From a virus (taxonomy: Duplodnaviria > Heunggongvirae > Uroviricota > Caudoviricetes): DNA of 64,000 nucleotides. Position numbers and translations under genes: made by a program. A model generated the notes under the pieces. The model had not been told where the DNA came from. It worked only from the letters and a program-made list of their open reading frames with translations, and ran no database searches. The DNA lies in IMG/VR virus record IMGVR_UViG_3300042401_001180; one strand, written 5' to 3'. Positions 25,976 to 33,810 of this stretch are shown one piece after another (the first letter of the stretch is position 1; each line of letters starts with the position of its first letter).

Positions 25976-26824
25976 CTTTGGTTTTATATCCATTTTCAAT
26001 ATTGTGTCAATATCTTCTTTTGATACTCGGTATTCTACAAATTCTTGTTCGTCTGTAAGGTGGACAATAATACAACCTAAAAGAGGTAAGTTTTCGTACT
26101 TTGTGCCTCTTAACATTTTTAATAATAATTTGCCATATAATGGTAACTGTGTGTTATAGTGTCCAAGAGCGTTGTTTGGTAAGTGTTTGAATGGTTCTCT
26201 CATTGGTTTTGTGTAGTTATTGGTTTCCATATTTTTCTTTTTGTTTGTTTTATAATCGGTAATAATAAATCCATATCCGGTTTTACTTTTATTCATAATT
26301 AACCAACAAGTATCCCCCTGACCAACATAACCCATTTCGGGATCACCTAAAACAATTTCAGTGTCAATTAATATCGCACCTCTTTCTTCCATTAGTTTTA
26401 AAAAATTATAACCGGCCTTAATCATGCGATCACCCTTCATAATCATTTCCATATCACACTCATAAATTGGTTGTCTTACCTCTTTATTAATTCCACACCT
26501 TTTTAACGTCTCAATTTCTAACTCGTAGTGAACCCGACTACCCATATTTGTGGATATCTTACCCATTTCTTCCCATTCAGCAAGTAATGTTTGCATCACA
26601 TAAGGGTCTCCCTTCGCCTTTGCTCTTGCTGCCTCCTCAGTGGGAAATTCATCATAAAATAATTTCATTACTTTTGAAACCGATGGGAAATCTTTTTTAA
26701 ATTTTCCATCAACATCCATCATAGTATATTCGTGACCTTCTTCTTCAAAAGATAAATTTAACTCATTTCGTCTTATCGATAAGACATTTCTTATGTCTTC
26801 TGCAATTTGTTTTATGTCTTTCAT
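25955..26824 (-). CDS. PD-(D/E)XK exonuclease (RecB/Cas4-like phage nuclease)
   Basis: PSVSKV, GSRVHYELE, TEIVL..GQGD..ITDYKT, YNTQLPLY. Confidence 0.8.
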   Translation of the reverse strand: MKDIKQIAEDIRNVLSIRRNELNLSFEEEGHEYTMMDVDGKFKKDFPSVSKVMKLFYDEFPTEEAARAKAKGDPYVMQTLLAEWEEMGKISTNMGSRVHYELEIETLKRCGINKEVRQPIYECDMEMIMKGDRMIKAGYNFLKLMEERGAILIDTEIVLGDPEMGYVGQGDTCWLIMNKSKTGYGFIITDYKTNKKKNMETNNYTKPMREPFKHLPNNALGHYNTQLPLYGKLLLKMLRGTKYENLPLLGCIIVHLTDEQEFVEYRVSKEDIDTILKMDIKPKLTTLKK

Positions 26825-27741
26825 TCTTTTTCTTCTATATAATATGGAGTAATATCACCTCTTAAATCACAAACATCCTTGTCCTTTGGTAGTTTTACGA
26901 GTTTTACTCGATTATAGAGGGCACCTCCGTTTAGTTTATCGTATAGTTTTTTTGCATCATCATAAGCATCCCCATCTAAACAGATAATGATGTCTTTTTT
27001 TGCTTTGGTATATAGTTTTTCCCACATATTGTCATTGATATATTTACCAAGTAACGCGATTGAGTTTTCTAAAAAGAAGGAGTCAAAAACTCCCTCAACA
27101 ATATAGATGTCTTTTTTAAAATCTATTAGACTTTCATTAAAGATTAGAAAGTCCTTTGCCGCTTCAGGGTTTTTATATTTAAGTTTTGATTTTGGGTTCC
27201 AAGATCTTGAAACAAAAAAGTTTAATTCTCCCTTTTTATTAAACGACGGAACTATTATTCTACCCGCATATTCCCCTTCAATACAAAGTCCAATTTTGTA
27301 CTTGTCTATAATTTCTTGTGTTATCCCTCGTTTTTTAAGGTAATTAAATGCCTCTTTTCTTGGTATATGTAGTGGGTGTATTTCATCAAACTTCTTATAT
27401 TCTTTAGGTAGTTCTAATTCTTTAAAAATCTTTTCTTTCTTTTCAAACTTATCAGGACGAATTAGTTTATAAGTTTTCTTATCTTTTTTTGAACCATACT
27501 TGTCAATTAATTTACCCAAGTGTCCATAGGTTTCGTGAGTTTCTGCGCATGCCCAACACTTATAAACGTGATTTTGGTAATTAATTTCAAGGTTTCCTTT
27601 ACCATCTGTTTTTGATAGTCCTTTAATATCGTATGAGCACACAGGACAATCAACTGAAATTTGTCCAGAATATTCGTTTACGCTTTTTGGTTCCCCAAAC
27701 ATCGTCAGTATTAAATCTACTAATAGTGATTCATCATCCAT
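26821..27741 (-). CDS. dnaG: DNA primase (Zn-binding + TOPRIM)
   Basis: CPVC...YKCWAC zinc domain, YLKKRGI, RIIVP, KYKNP, IVEGVFD, LDGDA. Confidence 0.88.
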   Translation of the reverse strand: MDDESLLVDLILTMFGEPKSVNEYSGQISVDCPVCSYDIKGLSKTDGKGNLEINYQNHVYKCWACAETHETYGHLGKLIDKYGSKKDKKTYKLIRPDKFEKKEKIFKELELPKEYKKFDEIHPLHIPRKEAFNYLKKRGITQEIIDKYKIGLCIEGEYAGRIIVPSFNKKGELNFFVSRSWNPKSKLKYKNPEAAKDFLIFNESLIDFKKDIYIVEGVFDSFFLENSIALLGKYINDNMWEKLYTKAKKDIIICLDGDAYDDAKKLYDKLNGGALYNRVKLVKLPKDKDVCDLRGDITPYYIEEKE

Positions 27742-27746
27742 ACGTA

Positions 27747-27780
27747 TAAGATAGGTGTATGGGGTGGTTTTGTCAAATAA
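27747..27780. repeat. Repeat B, copy 1 (34 bp; second copy 28477..28510)
   Basis: 32/34 identical. Confidence 0.9.
27748..27776 (-). promoter_or_regulatory. Sigma70-type primase promoter TTGACA-N17-TATCTT
   Basis: TTGACA 27771-27776, TATCTT 27748-27753. Confidence 0.65.
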
Positions 27781-27835
27781 AATAATATCGGTTAATTAAA
27801 CGATATTTTATTTTATTGTTTGATTTAACGATAAA

Positions 27836-27865
27836 CAAAAAACCCACCTGTTTGAGAGATGGGTT
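27836..27865 (-). terminator. Rho-independent terminator after 27889..28362
   Basis: AACCCA...TGGGTT stem followed on the minus strand by a T run. Confidence 0.65.
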
Positions 27866-27888
27866 ATATACGTTTTATTAATTATTTT

Positions 27889-28362
27889 TTATCTAACTCT
27901 AAATTCACCTCTACAGTAAATTTGATATTTAGGTTTTTTACCATCAGTAACTAAATAAGCTGGAACATCATAATTAATAAGATCATTAACATCGGGTCTT
28001 GTTGTAGTTCCTCCTAGTTCTAAACGAACCATAACACTAAAAGGTCCGGTATTTCCACCAGCAGGTACCGTCATTGGTAATTTTAAACTTGATGTCATAT
28101 TATCACTACTACCCATAAATTGATTAACTACTATAGGTGCTTGTCCTGCGTTTTTTAATCCAGGAAATTTAAACTCTACAGTATCACCCCAATTATATGT
28201 TCCACCATCAGCTCTACTAACCATTATTCCAACTAAAGGTCCACCAGTTCCTGAAGGTGTTGTTTCTTCTTCACTTAAATATAATCTATTTGTTGATTTT
28301 CTATGCATTTCAAGAATTCTATTTTTTTCTTCTTGTGTAATTTCAGATATAATATTTTTCAT
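27889..28362 (-). CDS. Cassette cargo gene: EEKNRILEMH leader + Ig-like (DUF1573-like) domain
   Basis: FKFPGLKNAGQAPIVV..LPMTVPAGG resembles DUF1573 F.F.N.G..PL.I..P..I.PG; TATTTAT at 28390-28396. Confidence 0.7.
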   Translation of the reverse strand: MKNIISEITQEEKNRILEMHRKSTNRLYLSEEETTPSGTGGPLVGIMVSRADGGTYNWGDTVEFKFPGLKNAGQAPIVVNQFMGSSDNMTSSLKLPMTVPAGGNTGPFSVMVRLELGGTTTRPDVNDLINYDVPAYLVTDGKKPKYQIYCRGEFRVR

Positions 28363-28433
28363 AATTTAATTATTTTTTTTTATTTATATATAAATATATA
28401 TCATTTTAAAAAAATCAAAAAAAAAAAGAATTT

Positions 28434-28481
28434 TTACCAAATTTTTTCTTGGCTCATATAACCAAGAACACAAGTGTAAGA
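28434..28481. repeat. Repeat A, orphan copy of the 3' end of the resolvase gene (29095..29142)
   Basis: 46/48 identical, includes the stop codon. Confidence 0.9.
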
Positions 28482-28510
28482 TAAGTGTATGGAGTGGTTT
28501 TGTCAAATAA
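28477..28510. repeat. Repeat B, copy 2 (duplicated primase promoter)
   Basis: 32/34 identical to 27747..27780; TTGACA-N17-TATCTT intact. Confidence 0.9.
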
Positions 28511-28512
28511 TA

Positions 28513-28539
28513 AAAAACCCACCTTTATGGGGTGGGTTT
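28513..28539 (-). terminator. Rho-independent terminator after 28563..29039
   Basis: AAACCCACCT-TTAT-GGGGTGGGTTT stem with T run on the minus strand. Confidence 0.8.
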
Positions 28540-28562
28540 AAATAATATTTTAAAAATTGTGT

Positions 28563-29039
28563 TTACGATATACGATTATCAATACCCCCTTTATTATCAG
28601 CAAAATCGGCATTAGGAACTGTTTTAAAATCCCCCTTACCATCTCTTTTTGTTTTGCAAAAATTACCGGAAGTTATTACCCCCATTAATTCTTTATTGTA
28701 AATTTTTTTCTTTTGATCTTTGTAATAAGTACCGGAATATTTAGTACTAGTGAAAAAGTTATCACCACACTGAAATTTTAAATCCATTGAATTAGATGTT
28801 CTCATAAAAAGTCTTGGTGTTTCTTCTGTACTATCCAATCCCACACGCTGAATAGTTACTTGTTTAAGTAAATTATTTTCTTTCTCATTAAAGTCGGTGT
28901 AAAGGTTTACGGTCTTATTTTTAAGTTTATTATCAAGTAAGGTAACGTCGGCAGAAATATCATTTTCTTCAGTCTCTTTAATTATTCTTCTAACAATTCT
29001 TGTTAAATCTGATTCTGTTAATTTTATAATTCTTTTCAT
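28563..29039 (-). CDS. Cassette cargo gene with MKRIIKLTESDLTRIVRRIIKE leader
   Basis: ORF track; TATTTAT at 29052-29058. Confidence 0.75.
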   Translation of the reverse strand: MKRIIKLTESDLTRIVRRIIKETEENDISADVTLLDNKLKNKTVNLYTDFNEKENNLLKQVTIQRVGLDSTEETPRLFMRTSNSMDLKFQCGDNFFTSTKYSGTYYKDQKKKIYNKELMGVITSGNFCKTKRDGKGDFKTVPNADFADNKGGIDNRIS

Positions 29040-29094
29040 AGGTTTTTATTTATAAATACATTATAAAAGAAAAAAAATCAGTTTTTCCACTAAT

Positions 29095-29700
29095 TTACCA
29101 AATTTTTTCTTGATTCATATAACCAAGAACACAAGTGTAAGAATCTGCCATATCATAACACTCTTTTTTAAGGGTATTATTTTTAGTATATAACCATTGT
29201 ATTTGTGGTTCTTTGTCTGATACTTTTTTCCAAATTAATTCTTTCTTATCAATATCTTTTGGTAGTCCCCCAAATAATACGTGTTTTCCTTTATCGTTTT
29301 CTTGTACAAAATCAGGCCAAGCATATTTTCTTGAATTATATGTTGATATGTAATTAGGTACGATACCTAAAATATCATATATAGATTTGGTAATCATTGA
29401 ATTATATCTTAATAATGTTCCCACTGTCCACGCATTATTAGAATTTAATAGTGGTTCTTCAATGATGACTTTAGCTATCCCTAAGTTTTTATATCCTTGT
29501 AGTTTTTCTTCAAATAAGTCTACTTTTAATAGTAACTCGTGTATCTTATCATCTACTTTTGGTTTTATAGTGGGTGAGAAGTGGGTTAACTCTAAAAGTT
29601 CTTTTGTTTTAATATCAAATAAACTCCACCCTATTGTTTTGGTAGAGATATCCAACCCCAACACTTTAGGGGTATTTTTAAAATCTGATTTGTCTGACAT
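29095..29700 (-). CDS. ruvC: RuvC-like Holliday junction resolvase
   Basis: VLGLDISTKTIG, VIIEEP, DMADSY acidic catalytic set. Confidence 0.8.
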   Translation of the reverse strand: MSDKSDFKNTPKVLGLDISTKTIGWSLFDIKTKELLELTHFSPTIKPKVDDKIHELLLKVDLFEEKLQGYKNLGIAKVIIEEPLLNSNNAWTVGTLLRYNSMITKSIYDILGIVPNYISTYNSRKYAWPDFVQENDKGKHVLFGGLPKDIDKKELIWKKVSDKEPQIQWLYTKNNTLKKECYDMADSYTCVLGYMNQEKIW

Positions 29701-29704
29701 ATTG

Positions 29705-31918
29705 TTAAAAATCTAACTTAATCGGATACTGTTGTATTCCCTGTCTTTTTTCAGGTGATTGTATCTTCGATATAACCATAAGTTCTTTATTAGCGTTGTA
29801 AAGAGCAACTTCTGTTATGTATGGTGGTGTTGAATTATTCCACGTTGGGTTAGATGAATCAAAGAATTGTGTCTGACCTAAGTTACAAAGAAAGTTCATT
29901 ACATAGATAGTTGCCTGAATATCTGTTTCAATATTACCAAAAAAATAATATTCTCCCCCAAAATTTAAAGTTAAACCTGTTTGTCCTATTTGTGGTAATT
30001 GGATATAATTATTTAAATCGTAAGTAGGCGCAGTATCATACATATTTTTTGTAATCTGTATGGTAGTCCCTGTCATACCTGTTTGTGTTAAATAATTATT
30101 TATAGTGGTTGCAGATATTTGTGAATAAATATCTATTTCTTTCCATAATGTTGCTGATGGTCTTGTGGTTCCACTACCAACTTTTTGAGCCAATATTTTT
30201 ATATTATTTGCGGTAAACCCTGAAGGTAATCCTGATATATTTTCCTGTAAGAATGGGAACTCATTACCAAACCTAACTAATATGTCTGACGCTCCTGGTA
30301 GTAAACTCTGTTCATTACCGGTTATTTTAGAATAATAATTACAGTGTAAGGAATTAGTAAATCCTGTATTTTCAAACAAATACGTTAAAAATAAAGTTTC
30401 ACTACTACCTGTTAATAAACCTACAGTTCCCCCTAAAACACCACTAAAGGTATTTGGTGTTACCAACCCTAATTTAGGTGCCGGTAAAGTCCAAGAACGA
30501 TTAGACTTATAATTTAAAGCTGCAATTATTTCATCGTCATCAAAAACAATAATTTTTAAATCAGGAAATACTTTACCCACTCTATTTGGTACTCCATTAG
30601 TGTTTGCGTGAGTATCCCATAAATGGTAATATCTTAAACCAGGTGCGTTAAAATTATTATCTTTTTTTGATTTAATATAATGTACTTCAAATAAGTTTTG
30701 TGTTGTAAATCCTGATGGATCGGTATAGAACGTTTCACCTATAGTTGCGTTTGGGTTTTTATGCCACATTAGCCAAGGAATAGATAATTTAAAGTTTCTT
30801 GCTTGTCCTGTATTTCCAGGGTTTGTAGGGTCAAAATCTTCCATAGCAAACTTTTCACCATAAAAATTATCAATAGATTGGTTAGTATAATGAATGATTG
30901 ATATTGCTTTTTGATCCGTTGGTGTTACTGTAATTTCTTCTAAAAATGAGTTGTAGTAGTAAACTGAATCTGTGTCCAATTGTCCATCTTCACTGTTATA
31001 CCCTAAATATTCTTTTGTGTTTGTATATCCTGTGGATTTAAATTGGTTAAAGTCTTGGTACGTATTACTGAATAATCCTGCTGGTGATTCCGTCCACGGA
31101 ATGTTCATATTCCAAACATATACATTTCTTTGTGACACATCACAATTAGTTTCAAAATTAAACACATCAGTGGCCCAAAATGGTTCAGGAGTAAATGTAT
31201 CATACATTACTGTCATACCACTAGGGTAAAAAACTACACTTGACGTTCCACTCAACCCAACATTACTATAGTTTGGTAAGTTTCTGTCCACTTCAATATT
31301 AATTGTTGTTGCCGTTGAGCTATCGCCAGTTACTGAAACAACTAAATATGTAAACATAGGTGTTGCGGCAGATAATGGTTGTATGTTATCACTACTAAAA
31401 AGTGTTAAAAACATTCCCGGAGTTACTGTACCTGAAACAGACGGGTTAATTGTTGTCGCAGATAAAGTTATAACATTACCTGACATTATTGTTGTATTAT
31501 CGACTACAAAATTAGGGTTAATAGTATATGCAGATGAGGTAAACGCACTAAAACTAATTGATGTTCCAGTTGAACCGCTAAAAAATCCTCTTGGTGCTGC
31601 ACTGTTATATACACTATCAATATAAGAATTATCAAAAGGTACCCCAAAAGTACTTCCTGATGTTGAATCAATAAAAAGTGGATACTTAATATGCATTCTA
31701 TTTTTTTGAGGTACTGGTGATAAATTTTGAGCGTTGTACTGTGGCATCAATACATTATAATCAACCATATCCATGTTTGATACGCAATCATAACAAACCT
31801 CACTGTCACCTATTTGAAAGTAGGCGATATCAAATTTTCCTTGTGATATTTTTTTTCTAGCGGCGTCTGTTATTAACGTATTTATTAATGCTGCGGTATT
31901 TTTGATGATATATGACAT
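29705..31918 (-). CDS. Virion structural protein, tail fibre/baseplate attachment type
   Basis: N-terminal TLITDAARKKI..IAYFQIGD and C-terminal ITEVALYNANKELMVISK resemble the P2 gpH/DUF3751-type domain; TATTTAT at 31924-31930. Confidence 0.55.
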   Translation of the reverse strand: MSYIIKNTAALINTLITDAARKKISQGKFDIAYFQIGDSEVCYDCVSNMDMVDYNVLMPQYNAQNLSPVPQKNRMHIKYPLFIDSTSGSTFGVPFDNSYIDSVYNSAAPRGFFSGSTGTSISFSAFTSSAYTINPNFVVDNTTIMSGNVITLSATTINPSVSGTVTPGMFLTLFSSDNIQPLSAATPMFTYLVVSVTGDSSTATTINIEVDRNLPNYSNVGLSGTSSVVFYPSGMTVMYDTFTPEPFWATDVFNFETNCDVSQRNVYVWNMNIPWTESPAGLFSNTYQDFNQFKSTGYTNTKEYLGYNSEDGQLDTDSVYYYNSFLEEITVTPTDQKAISIIHYTNQSIDNFYGEKFAMEDFDPTNPGNTGQARNFKLSIPWLMWHKNPNATIGETFYTDPSGFTTQNLFEVHYIKSKKDNNFNAPGLRYYHLWDTHANTNGVPNRVGKVFPDLKIIVFDDDEIIAALNYKSNRSWTLPAPKLGLVTPNTFSGVLGGTVGLLTGSSETLFLTYLFENTGFTNSLHCNYYSKITGNEQSLLPGASDILVRFGNEFPFLQENISGLPSGFTANNIKILAQKVGSGTTRPSATLWKEIDIYSQISATTINNYLTQTGMTGTTIQITKNMYDTAPTYDLNNYIQLPQIGQTGLTLNFGGEYYFFGNIETDIQATIYVMNFLCNLGQTQFFDSSNPTWNNSTPPYITEVALYNANKELMVISKIQSPEKRQGIQQYPIKLDF

Positions 31919-31978
31919 ATTATATAAATACTATTTTTTATATTTTTATTTAACTTTCTTTTATAACTTTTGGACATA

Positions 31979-33571
31979 TTAATTCGGTTTACATATTAAT
32001 CCGGTTTTCACTAATGTCACTTCTTGAGGATTAACAGAAGAGTTAACCGATTTACATAGTGTAGGTGTTATTGTTATGTTTTGTATATTAACACTATCTT
32101 TTATCATCCCAAATAAATTACAACGATCTTTTACAACACAAGGGGTGTCTATATATTGTACGATAGTTCCTGATATACCCCCACTACCTGATAATTGTAC
32201 AGTATAAGAGGTTGTGTAAGAACTTAAATTTATATTACCTCCTTCACATGCCGGATTAAAAGATGTTGATCCAACTGTCGGTCCTGTTGTTGGTGATGAT
32301 ATCGTAAACCCACCTGTTTGGTTTGTTGTGATATTATTACTATAACTAATCGTAGGTGAAGTAATCGTATAGGCAGTTGTATTAATATTAAATAATAAAT
32401 TCATATTAATAACGGTACCTACAGGTAAAGGATATGGACTAACACTTATCGACCAATTAGAAGTTTTTGTTGTTGAGTTACCTACCGTTATATTTGTACC
32501 AGGAGTTAAAGATAAACTTACATTGTAATTTTGAAATAATTGTTGTGGTGTTAAAACAACCGTTTGACTGATAACTGTTAAATTAGCGTCTTTAACATAA
32601 ACAGTGTAAGTGCCAGGGGATAAACCAATAAATGTATTTGATACTTGGTAATTTACAGAATCTATAGAATATAAATATGGTAATAACCCGCCATTAGGGG
32701 TTATTGTTATAGAACCGTTACTTGTTCGAGAACAAGTTGGATCTGTCTTATTAACTGTCATTGTTAATGGTGGTGTTTGACAAATACCTGAACTAACATA
32801 AACGGTTGATCCGTAAGATAAAGAACCTGTCAATACCCAATTACCTGTTGGTGGTATAGTTGGTGTCGTATAATACAATCCTCCTGGATATGTCCACCCA
32901 CTAACGTTCCATTGTGTTAATCCTGTATTATAATACATTGTTTGTGTATTACTTGTCCATGACGGGTACCCATTTATTGTTGATCCTGAACTAAAATTAA
33001 ATTGTGTTATATTTGTCCCTTGAGTAAGTTGTAAACACAAATCATTTGGATATACGGGTGTAGGTGTGGGTGGTGGTAGGCATTCGGTACAACCTGTAAA
33101 CGGCCCATCAGACACTATCGGGAAATTACCAATATAAGTTTGTCCTGTATATAATGTTGTTCCACTGTTAGTCCAACAACCTATTTGTGTTGTTAACTGA
33201 TAAACTGACCCACCACTTAATGGGTTAACTAAATCTGCTAAATAATAAATAAAATTACCCGGTGTTTTACAATCCTCAAATGTTTCTATGTAAAAACTAT
33301 CATAACCAACCGTACATGTTGTTGTTGCAGTAAAATCACCATAATAATCAACAACAGTTGCAGTATAATTACCTGGACTTAAATTAGTTAATAATGTCCC
33401 TTGTGAACCGTTGTTCCAAGTAACATTATACGGAGACGTTCCTCCTGTTACAAATAACGCAATTAAACCATTGGTTGATTGCGGTGTTGACGCATTTATA
33501 CTATCACAATCTAAACCTAAAGGTAAAATTGTTATAATATTACAACTATTTCCACTTAATTGTCCCATCAA
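31979..33571 (-). CDS. Virion-associated protein with SprB-like repeats
   Basis: TGGTSPYNVTWNNG..LTNLSPGNYTATVVD and GSITITPNGGLLPYLYSID..GLSPGTYTVYVKD; short PT linker. Confidence 0.65.
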   Translation of the reverse strand: MMGQLSGNSCNIITILPLGLDCDSINASTPQSTNGLIALFVTGGTSPYNVTWNNGSQGTLLTNLSPGNYTATVVDYYGDFTATTTCTVGYDSFYIETFEDCKTPGNFIYYLADLVNPLSGGSVYQLTTQIGCWTNSGTTLYTGQTYIGNFPIVSDGPFTGCTECLPPPTPTPVYPNDLCLQLTQGTNITQFNFSSGSTINGYPSWTSNTQTMYYNTGLTQWNVSGWTYPGGLYYTTPTIPPTGNWVLTGSLSYGSTVYVSSGICQTPPLTMTVNKTDPTCSRTSNGSITITPNGGLLPYLYSIDSVNYQVSNTFIGLSPGTYTVYVKDANLTVISQTVVLTPQQLFQNYNVSLSLTPGTNITVGNSTTKTSNWSISVSPYPLPVGTVINMNLLFNINTTAYTITSPTISYSNNITTNQTGGFTISSPTTGPTVGSTSFNPACEGGNINLSSYTTSYTVQLSGSGGISGTIVQYIDTPCVVKDRCNLFGMIKDSVNIQNITITPTLCKSVNSSVNPQEVTLVKTGLICKPN

Positions 33572-33810
33572 ATATGTTCTTTATTTATTAATGTTCTTGT
33601 ACCCCCACTAAATAATAGTATTTCATTTTCATTCAAAGGGTAGTAATAAGTTAATTTTAATTCATCGATCTTATCGAAACATTCATCTTGAGTAATTGCC
33701 TCAAAAATTTTATGTGGTGTTGATGTTATTCCATTTGTTTCTAACAAATCAATAACCTCTGTATTTGTGTATATTAATCTCCAAATCATTATGTGTGTGT
33801 TATTACCCAA
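33568..33810 (-). CDS. Small hypothetical protein (80 aa)
   Basis: Coupled to neighbours. Confidence 0.6.
   Translation of the reverse strand: MGNNTHIMIWRLIYTNTEVIDLLETNGITSTPHKIFEAITQDECFDKIDELKLTYYYPLNENEILLFSGGTRTLINKEHI

Noticed and set aside
25955-26824. Cas4 of a CRISPR system
   Set aside because: No cas genes or array, and no four-Cys Fe-S cluster motif; context is a phage recombination module.
27747-29142. CRISPR array, integron or transposon explanation for the repeats
   Set aside because: Only two copies of each repeat; they derive from a gene end and a promoter; no attC-like palindromes, terminal inverted repeats, integrase or transposase nearby.
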